From Marinifilum sp. (lineage in GTDB: Bacteria; UBA9089; CG2-30-40-21), in NCBI GenBank assembly GCA_020717845.1, contig DYDG01000002.1, positions 1-53,488 on the forward strand: a stretch of 53,488 nt of DNA, given 5' to 3'. The notes under the pieces were generated by a model. That model ran no database searches. It was not told where the DNA came from and saw nothing but the letters and a program-made list of their open reading frames with translations. Every line of letters begins with the position of its first letter. Positions within the stretch are counted from its first letter, which is position 1. The translations under genes were made by a program, and so were the position numbers. This document shows, piece by piece, positions 30,401 through 38,303 of the stretch.

Positions 30401-33073
30401 AAAGGTTGTCCCACTGCCAGTGGAAAACTCTGAGATGAACGTGCCTCGCAGATAATTTTTCCCATCATACGGCAAGGCATTGCTTGCTGTCCAGGCAACA
30501 GAGCCGCCATTCTTCACATGCTCAAAAATAGCCTTGTAAGCATTCCTTAATTGATCAAGCTCAAGTGGTGAAGTAACAGGATTTGCCTGTTGTCCACCCA
30601 TAGGAATGATCACGCTCTGCGGTAAAAATTGATAGCCCATGCCAAGCGGCTCACCGGTTATTTCCATAGAATAATCGCTGGGATAGTTGTTGGTATTATA
30701 GGCACGAACAGCGATGTAATATTTTGTCCCATTATCAAGACCGGTCAGGGTATAGGTGCAGGCATTACCAGCGTCAACAGGCTGATTGTATGCCTGTTTA
30801 TTAGCTGTAGCCGCACAGGAGATTGTGCCATAATAGACCAAATATCCGCCAACATCAGGGACATTGGTTGGACTCCAACTGAAAATAAGCTGTGAATCCA
30901 TGGCAATGGCTGACAGATTGCCTGGCGGGGCAGGAAATTGTCCAGTAGTAATGCCATAAATACAGTTAGAAAGTGGTGAAAGGTTTCCGGCATCGTCTAT
31001 TGCCTTTAGGGCAAGATAGTATTTGGTGTTAAAGTTTAAGCCAGTGACAGTCCATGTCTGACCACTACCGCCTGCCAAAGGTTGAGGCTCACCAAAAACC
31101 TCTTGACACGATGACCAGCTTGCCTCAGTGATAGGCGAGGTTGAATAGCGAATATCATAGGCTGTAATTGTCCCGCGACTGCCATTATCCCCGGGTGCCT
31201 TCCATGAAATATCAATGGTGCTGGCTGAGACAGTCCCTGCCTTAAGGTCAGTGATATTCCCTGGCATAAGCCTGTCTATGGAGACAATGTTAGACAGCCC
31301 GGAAAAGTTTTTCTCCTCATCCATGGTTTTTATCCCAAAATAGTATTCGTCAGCATTCAAGGAAAGCCCGGAGACAATGGTTACCTGAGCCTGCCCTTCT
31401 TTGGACGGCATAGGTGCATTTGGCACAGATTTAGCATATGCCCAGTTTGCCTCAATTATAGTGGATGTTGAGTATCTAATATCATAGGTGTCTGCATGAC
31501 CTACTGCATCCCTGTGCCAGGTAAATGTACCGTCATCACCCGGCGATGTCCAAACAAGCATCAATGAATTACTGGTTGGGTTAACAATGCCCAGGTCAGT
31601 GATGGTTCCTGGCGAGGTCATGTCCTTTGTCCTGCCAGAGGCGACACTACCACCACTTGGAAAAAGGTTAGACATAGGAGAGGATGAGACACCATCTGAT
31701 GCCTTTAAGGCAAAGTAGTACTGTGTTTCCGGCTGGATGGTGCGGCTGCCAAATGGCTTCTTGAGATCACCATCAGCGATGACAACCATGTGCTCCCTTC
31801 CACCTGCCTCAGACGGGGTTGGGATAATGCCGGGGACGGTCAGGCATGAGTCAAAATTCCCCTCAGTAATAAAAGAGGTTGAATATTTTATGGTATAACT
31901 GCCGGCAATGCCCCCTGCTCCATCGCCGCCCGGTGCTGTCCAGTTTAGTATCATGCTATGATCCGTTGGGTCCATGGCATACCATGTCCCCTCCCATTTA
32001 TACTTGCTGTCAAGGTCTGTAACCTGAGATGGGGCAATGTTGGAGAGAAAGACAGAGGTGGATACTGCCGGAGAGTATTCTGGATAGGATGTAGTGGTCC
32101 CCTGTGTCATGGTCCCCTGATCCTTATAGCAAAAGACAGCGTAATGATAGGTCTCATTAAGCGTAAGGTTGTAGTTGTCCACATGCTCATCCTGCCAGAC
32201 ATTATAGCTGGTTGCCGTAGCATTGTAGATAACCGTAGCTGAACCAATCTTATCACCAACCGTATATGTTGCACCAGTAGTCGGTGTAGCCATGATTTTT
32301 ACTGTATCTCGCAGGATAAGCACACCCTTAAGACAACCTACTGGCGGGTTTTTCCACTTCAATCGGATGCTGTCATTGTTTGACTGGGCAGAAAGGTCTG
32401 TTACTGGATTAATGTTCCAATCTTTAAGGTCAAACCCAAAGGTAACCTTTGCCTTTGCCGGCAGCCTTACGTGAAACATGTCCGCCAATTGAAGGTCAAT
32501 GGTATATGTCCCTGGGGTAAGGTTGTTAAAGGTATATTCTGTATCATTGTGGAAAAATCCCATCCACGGCTCCTGCTTGGTCTGGCTGCCAACCAATGTC
32601 TCCTTCCAGAGTACAACAATAATACTCCCCTCAGCCACCTTATCCTCTCCCTCTCCAGTGGCAGTTAAAGAAAAGTCCTGCACATCGAATTTAGCGGTTA
32701 CCGTGCCATTACTTTTTGTTTGTGTTCCTGGTGTTGGCCAGATAATGCTCAAGCTTGGCACACGTTTACTGGCGGTGAAGCTGACATCAGTGATACTGGC
32801 ATTACTTATGGTACGAGTAGCTGAGCCGGGTGTAAACTTTAAGCCCGACTGCTCCGGGATGATAGTATATGTGCCGGCATTCAATCCGGTAAACTTGAAT
32901 GAGCCAGCAGAATTGGTAAGCACTGCCTTAGAGGCAGCACCAGACAGAGACACGGTGATACTTCCCACAGCAACACCGCCTGTAATCGTGCCACTAATCT
33001 CGTATGCCCAGACAGGCACACAAGCAACAAAATACAACAACGATAGAACCATAACCCTTTTGATAATGTTCAT
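24431..33073 (-). CDS. 2880-aa secreted/surface protein with multiple fibronectin type III and Ig-like domains
   Basis: Signal peptide, repeated W[TK][AS]PGD.G...YDIRYSTS.I FN3 modules, a central alpha/beta region, and C-terminal GWNL..LP repeats. Confidence 0.88.
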   Translation of the reverse strand: MNIIKRVMVLSLLYFVACVPVWAYEISGTITGGVAVGSITVSLSGAASKAVLTNSAGSFKFTGLNAGTYTIIPEQSGLKFTPGSATRTISNASITDVSFTASKRVPSLSIIWPTPGTQTKSNGTVTAKFDVQDFSLTATGEGEDKVAEGSIIVVLWKETLVGSQTKQEPWMGFFHNDTEYTFNNLTPGTYTIDLQLADMFHVRLPAKAKVTFGFDLKDWNINPVTDLSAQSNNDSIRLKWKNPPVGCLKGVLILRDTVKIMATPTTGATYTVGDKIGSATVIYNATATSYNVWQDEHVDNYNLTLNETYHYAVFCYKDQGTMTQGTTTSYPEYSPAVSTSVFLSNIAPSQVTDLDSKYKWEGTWYAMDPTDHSMILNWTAPGGDGAGGIAGSYTIKYSTSFITEGNFDSCLTVPGIIPTPSEAGGREHMVVIADGDLKKPFGSRTIQPETQYYFALKASDGVSSSPMSNLFPSGGSVASGRTKDMTSPGTITDLGIVNPTSNSLMLVWTSPGDDGTFTWHRDAVGHADTYDIRYSTSTIIEANWAYAKSVPNAPMPSKEGQAQVTIVSGLSLNADEYYFGIKTMDEEKNFSGLSNIVSIDRLMPGNITDLKAGTVSASTIDISWKAPGDNGSRGTITAYDIRYSTSPITEASWSSCQEVFGEPQPLAGGSGQTWTVTGLNFNTKYYLALKAIDDAGNLSPLSNCIYGITTGQFPAPPGNLSAIAMDSQLIFSWSPTNVPDVGGYLVYYGTISCAATANKQAYNQPVDAGNACTYTLTGLDNGTKYYIAVRAYNTNNYPSDYSMEITGEPLGMGYQFLPQSVIIPMGGQQANPVTSPLELDQLRNAYKAIFEHVKNGGSVAWTASNALPYDGKNYLRGTFISEFSTGSGTTFSTLTAVGTLTGFDLVVSEPGVGMGNVLGVTKSYSLQKVRVAVFYSGVKDTYGQPITWEEGYFERLFRMYLWDAQKFTSIDEAGIAGGALSNYDMVIFPAVKKGYMDAIRGAITAGGLTNLRSFVEAGGFLYSQGESNYIAEMAGLVGTGTVDLNTRVSIPDSIGQMSILDDSSPVVFARLSNNMYVLDDPMLKDKEGQTTVARYTNVSGNPPAIVTVEKNRGQVILMNGHPSDKREYYPLALNPVLWAMSQKAGLACDGVQKFNEEVERDVIPGLEADVPVNVSVSFSNFWNTTLNSVEVISVVQKGFKITDNSNVTPQATQTIGTDGTTILSWTFDQMLQGRLTFCYTVFTEANALKKGEAVVCETKAVYTEGDEKITVYALPVKMRAQMAARLVGDRALEKQSVYGVSGAGTHFDVKFPIENKEDTEARKVYIQDLVALVSPAIDPTNYRRIPSAVWNTNNGNNHSIWIQNEAYFFQDGKYPLPAEAENDIKRRFNINDWDGKTTYVFEQPEGSSTDIVVPDRYKSAVWGPEHNVPLIQKTETGDIILPAYQLTWPSLAKGTDGATIQGYDYLEPAIRYGIRAIELPPDGVEYARTILMKTLPNIPDNYVVNGKVIMDAPALGFMILLGGDPIPYRELLASSGAYAPRVTDPADIPMLTYQDIWNRPHTATLRTMDPQYAKVSDFFPTVKLHPEVNDTFELFEDTNNNDIWDTNEKLFLEYDITKKAKLHLVIKTGNISTEFPDVVKPADIYNLNRDQNVITCSVFKGLGYNIEYGGHWSCDDLQKIGNPTQLVKEFDTDMFHVLQFQQRLDAGKREQINVYATMTTYPDVHREGFMKVNDGTEYVYHTPKAGPNQYQIFNAHVQGVFGIGNNVEVTKKVAPVNIGNYGDTIYHIIKVEDPYEPRQFEMDPYLRSYGFGGLASTIFVGGRENENLYSSRLHSGESTMVRIEVCNNLGDFDGKAYHLTDVKIEPDASTVPGWMSISQDVLWNTIPPIHGDLVYLLASQTENPAIYESWKGVLYFKITTNNIPDEAKGKVHPIKFKLSCTDPGGKLTEFRNLSENTTKSIIPEAWIGVYDDQGKITTTYGKANIVTLKDGFPDFVQVEKAKLMTESEKETFIGQMGWDIDQYPRGTSASVYFDGLGAGRDISTTQVGSNVTFKMSSITDPKATATTVPWTYDGTETKTFYVVVKSETAVGTSGMKMVNSGANVEYTDHFSNIGTSASTSQSVVAHGPRVEMGYILDGVRRGFNQVLTKELIMGEKNDVELRITLSNEGDNIANKAKGTVTLGSGVTLGSSSILCRKEGDTVIWDNLGDIAPGAVKEVKITVSITPPAGTTSSAPMLKAASKKAASKSPPIVRAAAPTYTLITTTGINFEDSFTGKKVTPSPKGSLTIMAAPAILTAPNGLVATSHPGSVSLSWNAVTAAKGYNVYRSEGINAGTYTKIAILGTKTSYVDITMDEDITYCYVVTAVDGTEESSQSNPSSAAPGDIWPPATVILKSTVKTESSITLEWTSPGDNGSKGTVTVYDIRRSVSPVAVFDSYSQCDGEPVPIKAGENQNIPITDLQPSTTYYFYLKSCDEIGNWSGLSNKLSITTNAAPTLSTSTRLSQGWNLYSLPLKSSTKYTSQSLGAAINIQSGKCTIVQSWQGGAWKTRKVDVGIGDTFTIEIGKGYFVYCESPSVFTVSGVQVKTQQLQFVPGWNLIGLPIGTMSGRLLGLPSAGTISSNLLGKDIRYQDGTCTVIQSWNNLASKWLTTIFTDGFPDGFADTFDITLGKGYFVYANEGSLYSPNRITLSNVGSNTAVVSYTTWDNVSSWLRYGTNSAVLTNLVYDIRGEGSQTTKHYVNLSGLAPNTTYYYDIITSGSTDDNNEKHYSFKTGGAISAAGSKIVSGKVGGVSKDAMVYVRLRDTDATGDSGVSAWASTRTNSSGAWSVDINTIRKLDMTGLFSYSTSGDTIEVVVDGNEDGRGKKTADTSLTNLGDITLE

Positions 33074-33244
33074 AACATAGCCCTCCTTGTGAATTTTGAA
33101 TGATTTTCGTGAAATGGCTGCGAAGAAGCTGCGAAGAAGCGAATTTTTGCGATTTTTTTTGCTCGCAAGGGTAGTCTCTCACATCCCTTTTTCTCCTCCA
33201 GAGATAAAGAAGAGAAAAGAGATGATAATTGAAGACTATACTAT

Positions 33245-33274
33245 TATAATAACACTTAATTTGAGAAATGTCAA
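33245..33274 (-). promoter_or_regulatory. Sigma70-type promoter of the large surface-protein gene
   Basis: TTGACA-17 nt-TATTAT(AAT) on the minus strand. Confidence 0.55.
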
Positions 33275-33366
33275 GAAAAAATAAGGCAAAAGCAGGACAA
33301 AAGAAATTGGTTGGTCATTAACAGGGCAACCTGTCTTCTGCTTCAAAGCTACGTTTTCTCATCTTC

Positions 33367-33966
33367 TCATCCCTTTGAATTCATGTTCATTGCAGCCACC
33401 ACGCCAGCAGTAAGAATAGTGGCTACTGTTGTTGCGATTAGCTCAATGCTCTGAGTAATCTTTAGTTTTTCATCCTCTTCAAACCTTGACAGAACAAACT
33501 CAGCCATATCCGTCCCTTCTGGTGAAGAGCCAATTCCTATTCGTATTCTTGGAAATTCTTTGGTTCCAAGGCAATCAATTATTGATTGCACCCCATTATG
33601 TCCGCCAGAGCTCCCCTGCTGACGAACACGGATCTTTCCAACAGGAAGGCTGACATCATCATGGATAATTATTATTTGCGATAAAGGAACACGATACCGC
33701 TTACACAGTTCAACAACAGCCCTGCCGCTCAGATTCATAAATGTATCTGGCTTAGCCAGGACAACATCCTTTTCTTCGATAGTTCCTTCCCCTATCATTG
33801 CCTGGCATTTATTTTGTCCAGGCTTAATGTTGTGCAGCCTACAAAGATAATCTATGACCATAAATCCTACATTATGTCTGGTCTGATTATATTTTTGGCC
33901 AGGGTTGCCAAGTCCAACAATAATCCATTTGTCTATCGAAGTTTTATGTATTCGTGGAAATATCAT
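33367..33966 (-). CDS. pth: Peptidyl-tRNA hydrolase
   Basis: IVGLGNPG, TRHNVGF, KPDTFMNLSG, GGHNG and RIRIGIG. Start set to the ATG at 33966; this choice is uncertain. Confidence 0.96.
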   Translation of the reverse strand: MIFPRIHKTSIDKWIIVGLGNPGQKYNQTRHNVGFMVIDYLCRLHNIKPGQNKCQAMIGEGTIEEKDVVLAKPDTFMNLSGRAVVELCKRYRVPLSQIIIIHDDVSLPVGKIRVRQQGSSGGHNGVQSIIDCLGTKEFPRIRIGIGSSPEGTDMAEFVLSRFEEDEKLKITQSIELIATTVATILTAGVVAAMNMNSKG

Positions 33967-33982
33967 CCGAAAATCCGTCCTG

Positions 33983-34593
33983 TTAGAAATAGGCTGTTTT
34001 ATCCAAAGTTTTTTCAAATTCATCTCTAAATCTTTCAACTATATCTTCATTTTCTTTTTTCCATCGGTTAAACAATTTCGAACATCCGCTTCCCCAATAT
34101 TGTGCTTGGAACATAAACCATTTTTTCATTATTTCTCTATTATCACTAATATTTGCCAAATTCCTAAAACAAACTTGTTGAGTGTATTGTCCTGTTCCAC
34201 CCCAGAAAGGATCGTTTGCAGGTAAATCTCTCAAAAATTCATAAAAAATGTCTTCTGTCCTTTTACCTCCGGGTAACAAAAGAACTCGAGGAATATTGCA
34301 CGGACAATATCCCCATTATCTAATTCAACAGAGTACTTATGTTCTCCTGTTTTATCATTGTTTGGATAAGAAAATCTGAATACTTCCGAAAACTTAATTT
34401 CAAATGGTTTATCACTTATTGTCTTAATATTCTTCCCTTTTTCTCTAAAACTAAAGATATTTCCAGCAAGTCCTAAAATAGATGATTTCCCAGTACCATT
34501 CTGTCCTGCAATTGCAGTTATTAATTTCCCAAATTTTATCTCAATGTTTTCTATGTGCCTAAACTTTTCAATTTTCAATGTATTAATTTTCAT
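33983..34593 (-). pseudogene. Internally deleted, frameshifted ABC/AAA ATPase of the OLD/AriA-like defence type
   Basis: N-terminal FRHI..GQNGTGKS Walker A with no Walker B. A second frame carries a C-terminal-like piece (LPGGK..EDIFYEFL..DPFW..KKWF). Confidence 0.7.
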
Positions 34594-34598
34594 AATAA

Positions 34599-35426
34599 TT
34601 ACTTCTCCACAATATCATAATTTGCAATCAACAATTCTTTCCCCTTTTGTGCTGTTTGCTGTTTATAATTGTTCATTCCGTATTGCAATTCCCACTCAAC
34701 CTGATAAAAGTCTCTAAATAATGTTCGGATATATTCATTATTATCATAGGTTATTAACCATTTATGTTTACATTGCTTGAGATTTTCAAAAAATATTTTG
34801 TGATCAAACCCTACATGAAGACACCCCTTTTTCCCATATAACCTTGACTGAGTAGTTGAATAATATGGTGGGTCCAAAAAAATAAACACATTTTCTCCAT
34901 TTCTATATAAAAGCTCAGTATAATCTTTTGGGCTGAATTCTATATGTTTAACAATATTGTAAGCGTTTTCTAATCGCTCAATTGAAGACAGTGTAAATCG
35001 TTTTTCAAATGCTTGTTCTGAATATCCTCCACTATCTACAACACCAGAAAATGTAATTCTGTTTAGTACAAAAAAATCAATTGCTCGCTGAAAATCTGAT
35101 AATGCCTGCTTTCGTTTAGCAATAAGTTCTTGAAATAATTCTCTTCCATTGACATATTCTTTTTTTACTCGGAGGATTTCTTTGATTAAATTATCCTTAT
35201 TTGATTGTAATTCCTTCCAAAAACAATATAAGTCATAATTTGCATCACTTGCATAATACCGAGTAGATGATTTTTTTTGAACACAATAAAATGAAAATGA
35301 CCCTCCTCCAAAAAACGGTTCTCTCAACTCTTCATATTGAGGAATGAAAGCAGAAAGATAGCCTACTGCCCTGGATTTTCCTCCTGGATAACGCAAAGGA
35401 CTCTTAATCATCTTTTTTCCTCTCAC
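34599..35426 (-). CDS. Dam-like (D12 class) N6-adenine DNA methyltransferase
   Basis: SPLRYPGGKS, EPFFGGGS, FLDPPY and WLITYD. Confidence 0.93.
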   Translation of the reverse strand: MRGKKMIKSPLRYPGGKSRAVGYLSAFIPQYEELREPFFGGGSFSFYCVQKKSSTRYYASDANYDLYCFWKELQSNKDNLIKEILRVKKEYVNGRELFQELIAKRKQALSDFQRAIDFFVLNRITFSGVVDSGGYSEQAFEKRFTLSSIERLENAYNIVKHIEFSPKDYTELLYRNGENVFIFLDPPYYSTTQSRLYGKKGCLHVGFDHKIFFENLKQCKHKWLITYDNNEYIRTLFRDFYQVEWELQYGMNNYKQQTAQKGKELLIANYDIVEK

Positions 35427-36555
35427 CGTATTCTATTACGACCTCAAAGTTGTTTGCTCTTGCTTCCTTGAACAAGGTATTAACAAATTCTTCTTTATTT
35501 TTCCTGAAACGGTTCTCATGGAAGAATGTTTTAATCTCACTTTCGTTCATATTTGTTGTAATTTTGCCCTGTATTTTTTCGGATGTTAGCCTGAGTACAG
35601 GAATAAAATTGACAAGCGTTTTTGAGTTAATATCTGTTTCTTCATAAAGTTTATCTATATTTGAAAAAAGCATCATCTTGATAAGCCCATCTTTTATATC
35701 ATTTTCTCCAGGTAAAATTGACTTTTTGGAATGTTTGCTTTCGATAAGTTCATACCTGTTGTCATGAATAATCACATCATCAACTGTTAGAAAATATTTA
35801 CCGCCCAAATAATTCTCTATTTCGATAGGTGTTTTTACTCCTACGCTTAATACCTCTTTTGGTTGAGTCGTCCCTATTTCTCTTTTCTGTGCCTGAGCAG
35901 ATTTGAGTCTTGAAAAGGCTAAAAAACTCTCTTGACTTATAATGATACGTTCTCTGAAGGCTTCTATCCCTGCTTCATTATGAAGCTTAACGCCTGTCTT
36001 ATTTGAAATTAGTCGATAACTGAGAATGACTTTTTCCATAAGACCATCTAATTTTTCAGGGCTCAATTGATTTAAGTTCCAGTGTAGAGCAGATGAATGA
36101 TAGTTGGATAACTCCTTTAATTGAGCTTTTACGAAATCACCATCCAACTGTTGTTTTGTTATTCTATTTGGTTTTTGAGCGTCTCGATAATTCTTTTGGG
36201 CATCCATATAATAAGCAAGGATGACATATACATTTAACAAGCTCATTAATTGGACAGTGTCCCATTGGAGATAGTCTATGTTTTGAGAATCTGCTCCTTC
36301 ATCTTTTACAATAGGTATAACCGTAATGGTTTTTCCTCCACAAGTAGATAAAGTGTCATACACACTGGCGAATGGATATGTTCTTGTTCTTTTCGGACCA
36401 GTCCATTTACTGACTGCATAAATTGTATCGTTATCCTTAATACAACATCTTGATTGCCAAGCATTCACATCAGTATCAAATAATACGGTTAACAAAGGGC
36501 TTTTAAGAAAACTTTCGTACCTCATATTCATTATTTTGCCAATTAATTTGGACAT
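35404..36555 (-). CDS. Putative type II restriction endonuclease
   Basis: Lies between two MTases and overlaps the Dam-like gene; TVDD...IESK PD-(D/E)XK-like motif. Confidence 0.7.
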   Translation of the reverse strand: MSKLIGKIMNMRYESFLKSPLLTVLFDTDVNAWQSRCCIKDNDTIYAVSKWTGPKRTRTYPFASVYDTLSTCGGKTITVIPIVKDEGADSQNIDYLQWDTVQLMSLLNVYVILAYYMDAQKNYRDAQKPNRITKQQLDGDFVKAQLKELSNYHSSALHWNLNQLSPEKLDGLMEKVILSYRLISNKTGVKLHNEAGIEAFRERIIISQESFLAFSRLKSAQAQKREIGTTQPKEVLSVGVKTPIEIENYLGGKYFLTVDDVIIHDNRYELIESKHSKKSILPGENDIKDGLIKMMLFSNIDKLYEETDINSKTLVNFIPVLRLTSEKIQGKITTNMNESEIKTFFHENRFRKNKEEFVNTLFKEARANNFEVVIEYGERKKDD

Positions 36556-36571
36556 ATTTACAACCCCCTGT

Positions 36572-37687
36572 TTATTTAGTTATTTGGTTTAATCGTTCAA
36601 TAGCATATTGAACATACTTTTCCTGAGTATCAATCCCAATATGTTTCCGTCCTAATTTCTCAGCAACTATATTTGTTTGTCCGCTTCCAGCAAATATATC
36701 GATAACAGTATCGTCTTTATATGAATAAAACTGAATAATTCTTTTGGCTAATTCTTCTGGAAAAGGACAGGGATGAAGATTTTGTTGGGGAGCAACCGGG
36801 GGAATCTTCCAGACATTTTTGCTCAGTTCTCCTTGATAATCTCTCAAATCAATCTTATTTGTTTGCTTATCTTCACGTGAACGAAAGTAGTAGATATTAT
36901 TTTCTTCCTTTTTACCTGCTGGCTTTTGGAAAACCAATACATATTCAGCAACCAAACTTGGATAATAATAACCTGGATATGGGTGTTGCATTAACACACC
37001 GCTTCTCTTATCTTTTGCAATCTCTTTTTCCCAAATAATATCTTCCTTGAACTGCCAGCCTATTTCCTCCATCCATCCTGTAAAATGAAAAGGTAATGGT
37101 ACTCGGATACCGTTCCATCCTACTGGAGAAATATTCACAACATTATATCCTCCTGGCTTAATAATACGATATAATTCCTTAAATCGATCAGTCAAAAATG
37201 TTCGATAAAAGTCGTAGGAAACTTCTTTGCGTGTCCAATACTCGATTTTTCCCTCAAGTTTTTGGATATGTTCCTCATAATTGATAGCGTTATGATATGG
37301 AGGAGAAGTAAAGGCAAGGATAATAGAATCATCAGCAATAGATTTCATAGCTTCCAGACAGTCGCCTTGAATAATTTCTCCTCGTCCAATTTCATGAACT
37401 CTGATCTTCTCTTGTGTCCATTTAAATCGTCTCCCTAATTCTAAGGCTGAAATAATCTGTAACGCTTTCGTGGTTCCAATCCCTGGGAATTCGCTTAATT
37501 TTTCTATAGAAATCGAATTGTTTAGATTTGTGCGGATATATTCAACCAGTTCTTTGCTTAAATCAAAGACATTTTTCCCTTTAGAACCATGCCCCAAAAT
37601 AATAGCAATCAAATCTTCAGTACTTATTTGTGTAGGATTTTTAATTTCAAGTAATTTTTCTCTTGGTTTTTTAGATTCGGTATTCAT
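36572..37687 (-). CDS. RadC N-terminal (HhH) domain fused to a beta-class N4-C/N6-A DNA methyltransferase
   Basis: KPREKLL..EDLIAIILGHG..GIGTTKALQIISALELGRR (RadC N-terminus), then TSPPY, HPCPFP and DIFAGSG. Confidence 0.85.
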   Translation of the reverse strand: MNTESKKPREKLLEIKNPTQISTEDLIAIILGHGSKGKNVFDLSKELVEYIRTNLNNSISIEKLSEFPGIGTTKALQIISALELGRRFKWTQEKIRVHEIGRGEIIQGDCLEAMKSIADDSIILAFTSPPYHNAINYEEHIQKLEGKIEYWTRKEVSYDFYRTFLTDRFKELYRIIKPGGYNVVNISPVGWNGIRVPLPFHFTGWMEEIGWQFKEDIIWEKEIAKDKRSGVLMQHPYPGYYYPSLVAEYVLVFQKPAGKKEENNIYYFRSREDKQTNKIDLRDYQGELSKNVWKIPPVAPQQNLHPCPFPEELAKRIIQFYSYKDDTVIDIFAGSGQTNIVAEKLGRKHIGIDTQEKYVQYAIERLNQITK

Positions 37688-37745
37688 CGTACCTTAAACT
37701 TCCTGTCTTGAATTCGATTTATTATGATTTCTTAACAAATCGCAG

Positions 37746-37825
37746 GTGAACTTCACATAATCTTTATTGGAAAACTCCCCTAAATCCACTCTTGAGAGTG
37801 GGTAGGAAGTGTGTAATCCCCTAAA
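37746..37825. repeat. 31-bp exact copy of 4713-4743 joined to a REP-like repeat
   Basis: gtgaacttcacataatctttattggaaaact is identical at both sites. It is followed by ccactcttgagagtgggtaggaagtgtgt, a relative of 1135-1165. Confidence 0.85.
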
Positions 37826-37865
37826 CCACTAAAAGCAAATGGCATGGGTGTACTATCATGAAATG

Positions 37866-38240
37866 TCAAAGTCCCCATACTTCTTCCATATTCTCAATCT
37901 CCGGATCATCATATCTATTCGCGAGCCATTCAGGCATTTCTTCTTTTATTGATTCCTTCAAAGTAGAAAAAGCTTCTTCCGATATTTTACTTTGCTCATA
38001 CATGAAAAGGCATTGGTACCTTGTCCTTTGATTCTCGCAAATCCACTTGTCTTTCAACGAACCACAACTCAACAAATGGGGTTTTTCGGACTCGGATTTC
38101 CTTTTTCTGGCTTTGACCACCATCCACTGCAACCTCCAACTTAATAACTGATTCTTCCACAGTAACCTCAACGGCATCCGCAAAAGGAGATACTCAAGTT
38201 CGTACTAACACCAGACTTACGATAGACCTTTTATTGGACA
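37866..38240 (-). pseudogene. Probable gene remnant(s) of unknown function
   Basis: Broken reading frames with an acidic C-terminal-like tail and no recognisable motif. Confidence 0.3.
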
Positions 38241-38303
38241 TTAGGCGTATCCTACTCTTTCCCTTCCTAACAGCCTTCAGTCTTCATCCTATCCCTGCAC
38301 ATA

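Noticed and set aside
25282-33080. Many short ORFs within or antisense to the 2880-aa gene, and likewise inside valS and other long genes
   Set aside because: Shadow frames of long, well-supported genes.
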